In this document: positions 39,694 to 53,194 of the stretch, piece after piece | How the letters are laid out: each line of letters starts with the position of its first letter | Numbering within the stretch: position 1 is the stretch's first letter | DNA from: Lingula anatina | Lineage: Eukaryota; Animalia; Brachiopoda | Direction of reading: 5' to 3' | Assembly: GCA_051362555.1 (NCBI GenBank) | Contig: CM120645.1 | Span: 4,402,001 to 4,466,000 of the forward strand | Length of the DNA: 64,000 nt | Made by a program: the position numbers and the translations under genes | The notes under the pieces: model-generated | What the model was told of the DNA's origin: nothing | Databases searched by the model: none | Seen by the model: the letters and a program-made list of their open reading frames with translations, nothing else

Positions 39694-40425
39694 TACCCTA
39701 TGTTCTAGATTTCAGTTTTGCCAGCTCGATCTTGATTTCATATATAACACATATCAATAAAACTGGCTCTAGCCACTACCGTCAACCTGCAAAATGCTGC
39801 GTGGGGCGCTTCCATATTTGGAAGTCACAATTAAGTCTCTTACGTCACAGCTATGTGCCGCATGGAGCTGCCTTTCCCGCCTTGCGCTTACCTTATCTCG
39901 TGCAGACGAGGCATGAAGCAGAGTGGCTGATGCAGAGTTTGAAGTTTGAACTAAGAATATTTTGCTATCGAAGGTCAGTGCCACAACATAAGCAACTTTC
40001 TGCCTTAAAAACTGATTTTTGTGTATAGCCACTGCGCAGTGCTCATAGTAGTATTGGGCATCCAATGTAGCTGTCAAACTTGGCACACGACAAGCACGTG
40101 CATTGTGTTTATATCTCCAGGAGCAAATGTTTTTTGTGAAGCAAAAAATACAAAAACATCTGATATATCTTTTTCTTTTAAAATATTATTTATTTTTCAA
40201 TTTACATCTTATACACAGTAAAAAAATTAAAAAACGCAAAATTAAATCTGTTGTACGTTTCATTTTGGACTAATGACATTCAACTGCAGATTCGCTGCGG
40301 AGCAGTTCGTTTTGATCGACGGATACGCCAATTTCGCTGTTCCTGAGGGCCACTGTGAAGCTATCTCATAAAAACGTTTGAATAGTTAGCAAGCTAGCTT
40401 CACAGTGGCCCTGACACTCAGGGCA
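39694..40425. mobile_element. ~730-bp insertion with 8-bp TSD (unclassified DNA transposon)
   Basis: actgagac at 39686-39693 and 40426-40433. Units 2 and 3 have a single actgagac (about 52356 and 59506). The ends TACCCT...AGGGCA are only weakly inverted, and there is a subterminal hairpin at 40346-40412. Confidence 0.6.
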
Positions 40426-40848
40426 ACTGAGACAGGCATTTATCATTTTCTACTACATGGTTAATTTCTGCAGAGCTATCTATAACGGCAAGACTCTCTA
40501 TGTATGGCTGTCCATCTCACTGTCTATTTTTGTATATCTTTTTACCTCCTATTTCATACTAATGACATTCAACTGCAGATTCGCTGCGGAGCAGTTCCTT
40601 TTGATCGACGGATACGCCAATTTCGCTGTTCCTGAGGGCCACTGTGAAGCTATCCCATAAAAACGTTTGAATAGTTAGCAAGCTAGCTTCACAGTGGCCC
40701 TGACACTCAGGGCAACTGAAACAGGCATTTATAATTTTCTACTACATGGTTAATTTCTGCAGAGCTATCTATAACGGCAAGACTCTCTATGTATGGCTGT
40801 CCATCTCACTGTCTATTTTTGTATATCTCTTTACCTCCTATTTCATAC
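40269..40848. repeat. Recent 289-bp tandem duplication
   Basis: The unit starting actaatgacattcaactgcag occurs at 40269 and 40558 with few mismatches. It spans the right end of the 730-bp insertion and its flank. Confidence 0.9.
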
Positions 40849-41499
40849 GTTTACTTAATTTACATTTTAAATGAACTTTTATAGCTGACATGCAATCTGC
40901 CACATATACATGGAACTGAATGTATTCAAACTTAATGCAAATTAAACTTTAAATTTACTTAATATTTTCCATCAGTTTAATTATATCTGAATATATCTAA
41001 AATCATATTAGTGTCAACATGACTACTGGTATTAAAGGTTTGCTAGTCATTTAGAGAATGCTGAGAGATCCACTTACTGTATGACAAACAACAGTGCGTC
41101 ATTTACGTAGAGTGTAAAACACGGCTATTGATGGAAGAGCTATATCTTTCAATATGCATTTGGTGTAAAGCTTAAAATACTGGTACTCTTTCAGCTCTGT
41201 TACAGTAGCTATTGCAGTGCATATGATTTTAGAAGGATACACTGAGAAGTTAAACGAGCCATCCAATTGCCAGGATTTTAACAAGTCCTCCAGCTGCAAG
41301 ACAAGTTCGAACAGGTCACCCAAATGACTCTGGACTGCTCTGTATAATCGTTGTATTTACACATCGGTAGTTATGTTTATCAAAGCTATATATAAATTAA
41401 ATCAAATATTCAACTATCCCAACATAAGTTCAGTAATTGTTCACTCAAATCCCAAACAAAATGATTCGTGTCACGTTCTGGTGGAGACTATGACTTAAA

Positions 41500-41981
41500 C
41501 TGGGTTCCCACAGATTTAGATCGATCCATCTGGATCGGCCTAACTCCCTGGGGGTTCACACTAAATTGCTGTTAGCTGAGCGCGCACAAAAGTTAATTAC
41601 CCCCTTACAGCTTTTAGTAGACGGGACAGACATTTAAGCCGGCTTATAAGCCGACAGCAATCTAGCGAGACTCCCCAAGGGGATAGATCGATCTAAAATG
41701 TGTGGGAATGCAGTGTTAGATTGATTCATCTGGATCGGCCTAACTTCCTGGGGGTTCACGCTAAATTGCTATCAGCTCAAGAAATATTTTTGTTCATAAG
41801 CTCTATAAAAACAATTAGGGACCATTTCCACAGATATTTGGATCGATCTATCTCCCTGGGGAGACTCACTAAATTGCTATCAAACTAACTTGCTTAAATG
41901 TCTGTCACGCCTAGCGAATCAGCTAGGGGTAAAAATAATTACCCCCTAACAGTTTTAGTAGGCGTGACAGACGTTTAAGCA

Positions 41982-41983
<2 letters not shown>
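41500..41983. mobile_element. MITE cluster upstream of BRICHOS copy 1; the last element is split by the L1 and continues at 45018-45075
   Basis: Tandem copies of the MITE family. 41842-41920 is the reverse complement of 41958-41983 joined to 45029-45075. Confidence 0.8.
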
Positions 41984-42036
<53 letters not shown>

Positions 42037-45017
42037 TCACGAAAATTAATACAAGACATGTACAACACAATAAGAGACAAATACACCTTCCACACACCAT
42101 TCACACACTACAAACGAAGTTCTTACAAATGTTGATTAAAATTACATGTAGAATTTTTTTTTAAATAAAAGAATCTTATTAGGCCTAGTCTACAACAAAT
42201 GTTCTTTTTTATTCATATCAATATTTTTTCTATACTGTCCCATTTTTTCCTTAGATTATCTGCCTTTTGAGGACCCAGTAGGTATAAAGATTGAAAATCT
42301 ATTATCTTTTGCTTTTCCAAATACTTTTTGCAGGCATTCCAAAGAGGTGTAATTTTATTTTGTCTACATAAAGTGAAATATTTCTTTATATAGAGAAGTA
42401 GTAGATTAATACCTAAGAGAGGGCTGTCGTCCAGGATTCCAAATATAAACAAGCACGGTTGATGTTTTAATTCAACAGAGTACTGTGTACGTAGGTTCTG
42501 AATGAGACAAGTCCAAATAGCTTGAACATATGTACAGTCCCAGAAAATATGCAATAAAGTTTCTTTTGGGTCATTACAGAAAGTGCATCGCTCATGTTCT
42601 AACATATTGTATTTAAAAAGCATCGAGTTCGTAAAATAAATTCTATGTAAAATTCTAAATTGCAATGTGAGAAGTTTATGATCATTGGTTTCTCGAAAGG
42701 GCAATGCATGAACTAGCTTCCACTTTTCACTTGGAAAATCAATGTTCAGCTTTTCCATCCACTTATTATGGATGTTAAGAGGTATTGCTTCCTTATCCGA
42801 AATAAATTTCGGGTAAAAGAGTTTCGTTAATTTGTTTTTCGATTTTAATAATACGAGATTTTTATTTGTTATTGCTGCAAGATTCTTTTGACACCCTCTT
42901 ATAACAGTTTTCCAGGCAGAAGGTAAAGCGCTGATGACGGCTTGATAGTCAAGGAAATTACAATCTATATTATATTCATCACAAAAAACGTCTAGACTTT
43001 TTACTGAACCAGTATTATCAATCAGGTCATTAACGTAAAGCACTCCTTTTCGAAACCAAGGTTTATAGAAGATTATCTTTTTATTAATCTTAATATGATC
43101 ATTTCCCCATAAAGGTTGTGCTAGGATATCATCCGGAGAAGTAGTAGAAAATTCTTGCACAGAAGCCCATATTCCCAAAATCTCTTTCCAGAAAGTATTT
43201 AGTATATTAATATTGCGTATAGACTGTAGGCCCTTCGAGGGAAGTAGCAATACGTCAATTCCCCCGATTTCCGCAATCTCATCCATCAAAAGAGTTTTCC
43301 ACGAAGAATAATTATGTGGATTTACCAATTTCTTTAGCCATATCAATTTAAGAGCTTTACAGAAGGATTTCACCTCGGGGACCTTTAATCCACCGTTTTC
43401 ATAAGAATTAATCATAACATTTCTCTTAACTTTATCTATTTTACTGTTCCAAATAAAGCGATAAAAAACTCGCTCCAAATCTTTAAAAAAAAGATCAGCA
43501 GGCATAGGAAGGACAGTTAATATTTGGATGATGGTAGGGAGTGCCAAGGATTTTAAAATAGTTACTTTACCTAGGAGTGAAATGTGACGGAACGACCAAT
43601 CATTTAACAACGATTTGATGGAATGTAATTTTTCTTTAAAATTTTCTTCATAAATGTCATCCTTTGCTAGGTTATACCAAATACCCAGTAGTTTAAATTT
43701 CCCACTATGATTCCAAAATATACTTTTAGAGGTTTGATACTCCTCACCACAGCAGCGCTTTGCTCCAATCCAAACAGCCTGGCTTTTTTCAAAGTTTATT
43801 TTCAATCCTGAACATTGAGAGAACAATTCTAGCATATCCAGAGCTGCATTCAATGACTCTCTATCATCTGCTAGATGAAGCGTAGAGTCATCTGCGTATT
43901 GTGTAATGACGTATTCTGAGTTATTCAGTAAGATCCCTTTTATGTTTGGATCAAATTTGACCGCCGCGCTGAGCAATTCTATGCAGATAATAAATATGTA
44001 AGGGGACAGAGGATCACCCTGTCTAACACCCCGACTGACATTAAAGAATTCTGTTAGATGTCCATTATTTTCCACTGCAGTGGAAACATTGGAGTAAAGG
44101 GTTTTGAACCAGTTTTGAATATCTTCACTAAAATTAAAAAATTTAAGACACTGCAAAATATATGCCCACTCTACAGAATCAAAAGCTTTTTCGAAATCTA
44201 GCATTAATAAAATTCCTGAAATGTCATCTTTTTCTGTTTTATGGATGATATCTTGAATAGTTCTGGAACATTCGCCTATATACCGACCTTTAACAAATCC
44301 AGCCTGTGTAAAAGAGATTATATCGTCAATGTGTAATTGGATTCTGGCTGCTATGCAAGCAGAAGCAAGTTTGTAATCAACATTCAGCAAAGTAATTGGA
44401 CGCCAATTCTTAAGGAATACTTTCTCCTTCCCCTCTTTTGGTATACACTTGATTATACCTTGGCGTTGAGATGTAGACATTGACTGTACCTCAAAGGATT
44501 TATTCAGTGACCTAAGCAGAGGCTCTTTAAGATCAGTCCAAAAGAATTTATAGAATTCTACCGTATAGCCATCTAAACCAGGAGATTTTCCATTCTTCAT
44601 TTTCTTAAGTACTTTGAGACATTCTGTTTGGGACAGAGAGCCATTCATAGTAATCTTTTTTTCTTCTGGAAGTTTTTTAATAAATGGATTTTCGTCATTG
44701 AAAAAGGTATAACTATGGACGTTATCCATTAGAGTGTCTTTTGATTGGTATAAATCGCTATAGTAGCTTTTTTGTTCTTTTAAGATATCGTGAATATTTG
44801 TTATTTCTTTTCCGTCCTTCCTCCTCAATTTAGATATCGATTTCTCACAATAATTCCTTTTTTCTAAATTAAGAAAATATTTTGAACTTTTTTCTCCTTC
44901 TACTTTCCATTTTGCTTTTGCCCTTAAAATAATCCCCTCAATTTTTTTGTCACGTATACTTTTCAATTCATCTTCTTTTCCCCGAATTGCCAACCGAATA
45001 GTCTCATCATCTCTGTT
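41984..45017 (-). mobile_element. 5'-truncated L1/Tx1-group LINE with poly(A) tail and target-site duplication
   Basis: About 50 nt of poly(T) at 41984-42034 (minus strand AATAAA runs into the tail). TSD gtttaagcaag at 41973-41983 and 45018-45028. The ORF lacks the endonuclease domain. Confidence 0.93.
42213..44993 (-). CDS. L1/Tx1 ORF2 fragment (RT + zf-RVT/CCHC), no native start
   Basis: 926 uninterrupted codons with motifs EGEKSSKYF, KSPGLDG, NWRPITLLNVDYK, LDFEKAFDSV, GVRQGDPLSP, QYADD, GGLKVP and CTFC..ETLLHIFWDC. Confidence 0.9.
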   Translation of the reverse strand: MAIRGKEDELKSIRDKKIEGIILRAKAKWKVEGEKSSKYFLNLEKRNYCEKSISKLRRKDGKEITNIHDILKEQKSYYSDLYQSKDTLMDNVHSYTFFNDENPFIKKLPEEKKITMNGSLSQTECLKVLKKMKNGKSPGLDGYTVEFYKFFWTDLKEPLLRSLNKSFEVQSMSTSQRQGIIKCIPKEGKEKVFLKNWRPITLLNVDYKLASACIAARIQLHIDDIISFTQAGFVKGRYIGECSRTIQDIIHKTEKDDISGILLMLDFEKAFDSVEWAYILQCLKFFNFSEDIQNWFKTLYSNVSTAVENNGHLTEFFNVSRGVRQGDPLSPYIFIICIELLSAAVKFDPNIKGILLNNSEYVITQYADDSTLHLADDRESLNAALDMLELFSQCSGLKINFEKSQAVWIGAKRCCGEEYQTSKSIFWNHSGKFKLLGIWYNLAKDDIYEENFKEKLHSIKSLLNDWSFRHISLLGKVTILKSLALPTIIQILTVLPMPADLFFKDLERVFYRFIWNSKIDKVKRNVMINSYENGGLKVPEVKSFCKALKLIWLKKLVNPHNYSSWKTLLMDEIAEIGGIDVLLLPSKGLQSIRNINILNTFWKEILGIWASVQEFSTTSPDDILAQPLWGNDHIKINKKIIFYKPWFRKGVLYVNDLIDNTGSVKSLDVFCDEYNIDCNFLDYQAVISALPSAWKTVIRGCQKNLAAITNKNLVLLKSKNKLTKLFYPKFISDKEAIPLNIHNKWMEKLNIDFPSEKWKLVHALPFRETNDHKLLTLQFRILHRIYFTNSMLFKYNMLEHERCTFCNDPKETLLHIFWDCTYVQAIWTCLIQNLRTQYSVELKHQPCLFIFGILDDSPLLGINLLLLYIKKYFTLCRQNKITPLWNACKKYLEKQKIIDFQSLYLLGPQKADNLRKKWDSIEKILI

Positions 45018-45354
45018 GTTTAAGCAAGTTAGTTTGATAGCAATTTAGTGAGACTCCCCAGGGAGATAGATCGATTTCTGATATTGTGCTTTAACATACA
45101 GGCGCGCCTCAGGTTTGTAGTCTGTCGCAATGATTATAAAGCTTTTCACAAATGATTGTGTTTCGTCCCATGAGAGTAATTGTGTCACTTGAAGTTTGCT
45201 GATTACAGTGATGGCTACTTTAATTGGTTTATTTATAGTGATAATGATGAGGCCTGGTAGGCAGTGGTGGATTTGGGGGGGGGGGGGGGGGGGGGGGGCA
45301 GGGGGGTCCAGACCCTTCAAATAATCCTGGATTCGCCTCTGGGTACAGAAGCAA

Positions 45355-45800
45355 CATATTATCAAACTTTCACGAGTGTATAATTGAGATTTTTTTAGCA
45401 TTTGCAATCAGTGTGGTATTGACGTGCCACTAAAGAAGACCGCAAGTGTTGAGATGACATCTACGTGTAGTAAAATCATTGGTCTTGATCTCCTCTCTGT
45501 AAGTGCCATTTACATTTAAACAGATAGATAAGAAGCAAAAAAACAGAAAAAGGATCATTTTTGACTTTACCCGCCCTGCAGATGGTACTTTTTAGAATTT
45601 ATTACTGATTAAGAATATTGTCAGACTTCGCTCAGAACTTATTTACGGCCTTACATAAATTCTTTTGAGTAACAAATAAATCTTCAGTGTTTGGTGTTCA
45701 ATTTTTTTTTAAATTTATTACTGATTAACTGCAGACTTTACACTTTCAAAGGACTCAGAGATGTTTAAAGCATTTTTATCCACCCGCTGTTGCTTCTTTT
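45355..45800 (+). mobile_element. Degenerate Rex1/Babar-type LINE remnant (unit 2)
   Basis: FAISVWY*RATKEDRK..SKIIGLDL translation; near-identical to 55130-55570. Confidence 0.55.
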
Positions 45801-45844
45801 AACAAATCATATAATAATAAGAAGATAAATATTTATATTATTAA

Positions 45845-46778
45845 GGCCACACTTTTTTATTTTTATGGATGACATCCTGCGCGCACCGATTTTTGTCCGT
45901 TCTCTGAAAAAAAAAAAAAACACCCCCAACGAAGTCGGTTGTTGAAGTCGTTTTCTGCGCATGCGTATTATCTCCACGTTGAAATGTGCCGCTTTGCCGT
46001 CAAATTCATCTTTAGGATTACTTTCAAATTAAACGACAATTAAAGTCATAAAGAGAACAGGGCCTGTCATTTTGGATTGATATGCCATTGATATTAGGCA
46101 TGGAGATATCACCTTTTTACAATTATACGAAAGGCTGGCGTCGGCCATTGATTATCGCCCGGAAAGTTTCAGTGACATTCTGTCCAAAACAGCACATTGG
46201 CCTACCAGCTTTTTTGGAGCGAAAAAGGGGTCGACAAGGGCGTCGAGGTATTTGATGGGCTGAAGGTCGGACAGGCCGCCCGACAGTTTGGCTGCTTCGT
46301 GTGAGTCAACGTAGACAAAATTGCATCGACCGAAATGTCCTTTAATAGATTTGGTAGTATTAAACACCTCCTTGCATCATTTTTTAACATTTCTGTGAAG
46401 TGTGCATAATGCCTTAATATTCTGAAGGTACAAAGAAAAAAAACGCTGTTTGTTTGATATTGGTTTTATTGATTGCTATAAAAACAAAATGCATGAAGAA
46501 ACCTTAAATAAATTTAGTTATATGCAGCATGTCAATTCATGACTTTTTATTTACCTTTCTACGAAGTATTCCCAATGCTTTAATATTTTGGGAGCATGGA
46601 TATGGATATATTGTTAGTTTGATACGGGTTTCTGTTGTAAATTAGTGTTTCCAGCTGTGTACTGACAGCATTCCTTTACTTAAGCAGTACTTTTTTGTTG
46701 GACCGTTTTTTTTCGCCCTCTCGCACCGATTTCGGGGTCCCCAGAGGATGTCATCCATAAAAATAAAAAAGTGTGGCC
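45845..46778. mobile_element. Non-autonomous DNA transposon with 34-bp TIR and TAA TSD (PIF/Harbinger- or Zator-type)
   Basis: TIR GGCCACACTTTTTTATTTTTATGGATGACATCCT at both ends, flanked by TAA. The empty site is seen in unit 3 at about 55605-55620. Confidence 0.85.
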
Positions 46779-47114
46779 TAACAACAGTAAATTGTGACCT
46801 TACACTTTATACATTTTACCCGGATAGCAATTCCATTTCCGTTGTATGTGATTAATGACTAAATATACACTTACATCTTACTTATCTTAGGAATGCTATA
46901 GGATCATACAAGGGATTTTCCCAAGGGAAACGTTTGGCATGAAATACAAATAACATCTTTATGTCTCTTGGATAGCATACTTGGAAGTATCAATAAAGGA
47001 CAAACACAAGTATTATGCTCGAAATTTGGCCGGTGACTACCGCATTTATTAAAGTGGCGGATTTGGGGATGCCAGAAGAGGTGACAAACCCATCAAACAC
47101 AAATTATTATAATG

Positions 47115-50100
47115 TTATAGGAACGGTACCACTATAATATCCTCCTTTGTTAAAGATAAACGCTCTTTTTGAGATAAATATAGTGACCACTTAAAACCTC
47201 TGCATTTTTCACAAGAAAAATGAAATCTGTCAAAACAAGTGTAATTCAAAACATAATCCCAAATACCGGGGCATCTGCGTACCACACAGTTATAATAGCC
47301 ACAGTGGAAGCGTTTCTGGCGATCATGAACATCTCCTGAAATAAGATATGATATAATATGATATAATCCCCTATGCATTCTACACATAAAGAAAAAATAA
47401 GTCCACTGTACTGATCCACTGCACTGACGTCACTGTACATATCACAAGTAATGATGATTAATGGTCAGAAATTTATTTTGTGCGTACCTTCTGGGTATTG
47501 CGTGTTGGCGCCATCTATATGTACAGTATTGCTGTCCATGTGAGTGAGCCAGTATGCATCAAGATCCCTGCAGAATTCCTGAATGCTGGGACTAAGGATT
47601 GTTTTGTTCTTGATCTGGAAGGCGATGAGAAAGACGTTCATTTGGACTTCATCATTGCCATCTTCTTCATCTGACATATTTCCTACAATGTTCTGAAAGC
47701 AAAGTGTTTAAAGTTATATGTTATGTTATATTATGTTATATAACACAGGTATGTCACTGTAAATGTTTAGTTATTAAAAGCTATTACATCTTACATTATG
47801 TTTTATCTAATTCAAAATCTTTTTCTGTATTTTAAACACCACTTATTTAAACATGTTTTCAAGTAGTTTAAGAATGTTTAAGAATATGAATAAATATCAA
47901 TACCCCGTGAGCCTCCTCAGATGTGTTCATTGGAGTCAATAAACAAACATACGTGTTGTTAATTTCCATCTTGTAAATAATCAGACTCTGAAATGAACCC
48001 AACAAGGCAAATTTGTAGGTATTTATTGCATATCTGTACATAATGTTTGCAAAAAGAGCGCATAGTAGTACATTCAGTTATTAATTCTTCGGATTTAATG
48101 TCAGGGATTCTTTAAGCGTATTGAAAGCCCTTATCATACAAGTACTGAAAGTGAGGTTTTTCCTGCATCTATTATTCAATAATACGTCTATAGTAGCTTT
48201 GTGCTGATTGAATCCAATAAAAATTTTAAAAAAGATTTTTAAAAACTATAAAATATTGGCGTTCATATGTGAATAGGAGCAGACGACCGTGAAGTACAAT
48301 TCAAAGGAAATGTCAACACTTGATTTTTTCCACAGCTGGATTTATTCACTCTTGTGGTAGCTGACCTTGCGAGCACTTTGATTGAGGTGTATTCTCTTGG
48401 TCAAAAAGGTTGTCCCACATTCTGGACATGTGATTACAGGGTATATTCGCAAATTATCACCGCACAGGTGTAAACTGTTATTAACTGTGCTTTTTATGCT
48501 AAATACCATATTTAACATGACTCATGGTATATAAAATATAAAGTACCGGTGAAGATATCCGTATTTTATACAAAATCATTCAAAATTTTGACAAGCACCC
48601 CCTCATATGTGATGTTCTAATGTGATTTAAATAGATATAAAAATGTCTATTGAACTGAAAATGTACAAAAATGTACAAAAATTAGCAACCTTATGCACTT
48701 GGTGAAAGTCACATCTACATGCGAATCTGTCTACTGCGTACTGCAATAATCTCTTGTAGACGGTGCAGCATGACTTCAACTAACAATTGCAATAATTCTG
48801 TTTTGTAGAATATTGTCCCGTTCTTCCTAAAAGTTAGCCGGAGTTGGCCGCGATCATTTGGAGGCTTATTCCCCTTTGCATTGCACATGTGCTAATTCAT
48901 GTTGCAGGCGCTCAGTAGGGTTAATATCAAGGCTCCACCTTTGTTTCTGCAACAAATTATTCAGCAGAATTTATCTGTGAGCATGTATGCTCTCATGATA
49001 AAGCCTTAACTTATCCGCGAAGACACCTCTTGCACATGGAGGGAGATAATTTTTTTTTTTCAGATTTAAGGAGATCGTATTGCAGTTTGAGAATGATGGT
49101 TTAAAATTAGGATTTCTCACCGGTATTTTGTTTCTTGTATCATTAGTCATGTTAGTTATGGTATCTCGAACAAAAGCACTGTTTTAAATAGCTGTTAGGT
49201 GATCATTTGAAAGCAAAAGCACGAGGAATTAGAGGTGGGAATGAAAATTACAACATGGCTCTTTATTCAGCATAATAGTTTATTTAAGCTTTTTTCATCA
49301 CAAGCTTAAGTCGGTTATTTCGGGTATATACCAACAGTCTGAAGGCCTTAAAATTCGCACCTCTCTGGTCGCCAACTAAGCCCTACAACAATAAGCCGCC
49401 AAGTGAACATGTAGTTTAAACAGCGTAAAGCGCTTGTGGCTCGTATAATTTGCAAATTTCATCAACATCTATACGTTAACAGAACTCGCTGGCAACGTTA
49501 CTTGGAACAATGTCAGCGTAGAACGTTAAAATCACATTCTCTTAACGCGTGCTGGTGGTCTAATCAGTTAATATGTAACCCTGTGGGGACGTAATCTGTG
49601 TTACCTTGGAATGGATATTGGTTGCGTTTAGGTATAGTACAAGCAAAATTAGCTTTCCTAATGATTTGTAATTAAATAATTACTTAATTAAGTTAAAACT
49701 GTTTTTTTCTCACCTTTAAGTTGTACACGGTGAAATTGTCTTCGACATTGACCTGGACATTCTCATTCTCTCTCTTGACGCCTTTGGGAAGGTGGTACTT
49801 CTGAAAAACGAAACCTAATTACGTCGATTCCGTATTGTAACGTCACTGAAATTGAAAACGTCACATTGTTGTGAGTTTCTAATACAACAAACATATCTCA
49901 AAGGAAGTGAAAAAATATCATTAAAGCACTTGTATCATTGATAGAAGAAATTAAAAATATATATTATTGTAAATAAGCGTACATACGTGAAGTCAGAATA
50001 CCCACCTTCCCCACATCCGGTGCTGCTTTTTTAGAGATGGGAACAGCTTCTAATATTCCAACAAGAGCAACAGCAGCAATGACAGTAACAGCAACAATGC

Positions 50101-50122
50101 TGTAATTCTTCTGCAGGGCCAT
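47115..50122 (-). CDS. Secreted BRICHOS-domain precursor of a 6-Cys peptide, copy 2 (237 aa)
   Basis: Exons 50122-50006, 49800-49714 (in-frame deletion relative to copies 1 and 3), 47987-47904, 47692-47488, 47335-47115 (DRQKR|FHCGYYNCVVRRCPGIWDYVLNYTCFDRFHFSCEKCRGFKWSLYLSQKERLSLTKEDIIVVPFL*). AATAAA on the minus strand at 47045-47050. Confidence 0.85.
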
Positions 50123-53100
50123 CGTCTGAAATATCAGAAAACAACAAATGATAAATGTATTTTGTTATATGTAGCTATGTTGTGGTGTAACGGAAAATAA
50201 ATATGTACAACTTTTTAAAGCATCATTTCATGAAATCCAGGAAAATTATTTCTTCTTTTTAACTCATTGCCGCCTCTTCAAAGTTTGACTTTGCAGCAAT
50301 ATTGCTTCAAAATTGCAGTAAAGTTTTATTTCGCTAATTTCGGATTTTAAGGGGTTTGTGTTTATTTAAAGGTCTGGATAAGTTTTGATGAGCAGAATAC
50401 TTAGACATAAAAGGGGACACTGTCAAGCATATAGAACAATATACCTAGCTGTAAAGGATGTGCCGAGGCATTGTCTGGAACTCAGATATCCTAACAGCTA
50501 GTTTTGTACAGTAGAAAAAAAACATTTATGTTCACAAGCACAACGAAGCTCTGTTTTTGCTCCAAATTAAGTAAGATAAGTCCATATGACTGAAATTGTC
50601 ATTTATTAATGACGAAAACTAAAAAGATACAAAGTTACAAAACTGGGGAGATAATAAACATCCCCCAAACTATATAAGTGCTAAATATAAAAATAATAAA
50701 GTAAGTTTATGAAATGTAACCAGGATTAATTATGAAAAATATGAGAAATCACAACAGCTATAGGAGCAAAAAGTTGGCGGAAATGAAAATAAAAGGCTTA
50801 TGAAAAATATGAGAAATCACAACAGCTATAGGAGCAAAAAGTTGGCGCAAATGGTTGGCGCAAATGAAAATAAAAGGCAAAAGGCACATTCTAAAGCCGG
50901 CCTAGGCTGAGAGCGAGCTACGCAACCCCTACCTTTTTAGGACGGGGACGTAGGTTTCCTCATTGCTCTGACAGCCCAATCATAGAGTTGTCTCTCTTGG
51001 CCTACGTACTGCCACATATGCCCTGCATAGTACATTTACCTAACTATAGTTTTAAAGTAATAATCTCACATGTATGATATATATCAATAAACAAATGATA
51101 ACCAGATAATCTGAAATGACTAATTAAGGTGCCAAATGAGTTATAGCTAACAAGCATAAATACAACCATGTTACATTGAGCCAATGCTCAAATCTGCTTC
51201 ATTAGTCATGAAAAGAGAAAAAAAATATTGGAGGGGGGGGGGGGGGGGAGTTTGAATAAGTTTACCAAACATCACCTTAAAAATTTTACTCCTGAATAAT
51301 GCACTTCTGAATGTTGTGAATATTACGAGAAAAGTGAGGGAGAGCATTAACTGTCTCCTGAATAACTGAACTCTTATGCCTCCGATTAGCAGGCCTTCCA
51401 GAGGCAAAGTGGCACTGTCCAATTAGGTGCCCCCCTTAACACAGGTGCCGCTTGAAAGTAAATAAGTCTAAGTGTTAAAAACACCACAAGGATGAAGGCA
51501 GGTGGTAGGGGAGGGTGGAGGGTGTACAAATAACAATAAAGAAACGTAAGTAATAATACAGTGTAGCTGCTAAAACTGCGGGTAAATATATCCGCAGCTA
51601 CGAAGCTGAATGACTTCTCACTGAATGCAGCTCGATGGAATTAATCTCCAAAACATCTTTCATAGATTATACTTGTGTGTGCCTTGATACACAGCAGCTA
51701 AGACATTCCTTAACCCTGGACATCTGTTATCACCTTGTCTTGGTCAACTACTTAAGGTCAAAATGTGCACAAGACCCAAACAAAACGTTGATGTATTACC
51801 AAAAAGTTAATAGCACCACTAAAACAAACCATTTGCTACATAAATACAATTAATTCTCTTAATTGTAGTTTGTCTGAAGTTAGAGAGATCCCTTCTGAAT
51901 GTCAAGAGGCCTGCTAATGACAATCATAACAGATGCAGCTGTGCGTTACCCGCTTAAAAACAATTAACGGTTAAAGATGGAAGGGATATACTGGTATGTT
52001 TAATTTGCAGTCGGCATAAAGCTTAAAATGTGTTCAGGGTGCAGTTACTATAGCAGTGTCCATGATTTTAAATCATATCATAGAAAGTCAATTTGAGAAT
52101 TTTAACTTTTAAGCCATCCAGTCGGTAAAATTCTATCAAGCCGGACAGTCGTAAGACATGCCGTCCCATGTTCGAACAGGTAGCCCAAATGACGTACTGA
52201 AAAGATTGGACTGTTCGCTAGCTGAACGTTTACCTGGAGCAATATATAGTATACCTAAAGGACACGTCTAGGCATTGTCTGGTATCCTATACTGTAAGAA
52301 TCAAGTCGGTTGGTTTTTCAGGCGGTTTTGTTATTGGTTTTCATCAATAAGAAAACTGAGACAGGCATTTATCATTTTCTACTACATGGTTAATTTCTGC
52401 AGAACTATCTATAACTGCAAGACTCTTTCTATGTATGGCTGTCCATCTCACTATTTTTGTATATCTCTTTGCCTCCTATTTCATACGTTTACTTAATTTA
52501 CATTTTAAATGAACTTTTATAGCTGACATGCAACCTGTCCTATATACATGGAACTGAATGTAATCAAACTTAATGCTCATTACACTATAAATTTACTTAC
52601 TATTTTCCATCAATTTAATTATATCTCAATATATATCTAAAATAATATCAGTTTCAACATGACTACTGGTATTAAGGGTTTGCTAGTCATTTAAAGAATG
52701 CTGAGAAATCCACTTATGGCAAGAAACAGTGTCATTTACGTAGAGTGTAAAACAAACACACGGCTATTGATGGAAGAGCTATATCTTTCAATATGCATTC
52801 GGTGTAAAGCTTAAAATACTGGTACTCTTTCAGCTCGGTTACAGTAGTTATTGCAGTGCATATGATTTTAGAAGGACACACTGAGAAGTTAAACAAGCCA
52901 TGCAACTGCCAGGATTTTAACAAGTCCTCCAGCTGCAAGACAGGGCGTCCTCTGTTCCAACAGGTCACCCAAATGACTCTGGACTGCTCAGTGACTAATT
53001 GTTCAAGTGGAGCACTTACCCCGTATAATCGTTGTATTTACACATTGGTAGTTTTGTTTATCAAAGCTATATGAATATTAAATCAAATATTCAAATATTC

Positions 53101-53194
53101 CAACATAAGTTCAGTAATTGTTCACTCAAATCCCAAACAAAATGATTCATGTCACACACTGGTGGAGACTAAGACTGGGTTCCCATACTCAAGC

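Noticed and set aside
45262-45341. Short CAGTGGTGGAT..ATTCGCCTCTG element with a poly-G run (hAT-like ends)
   Set aside because: No TSD, too degenerate to classify, and the G run is not evidence of function.
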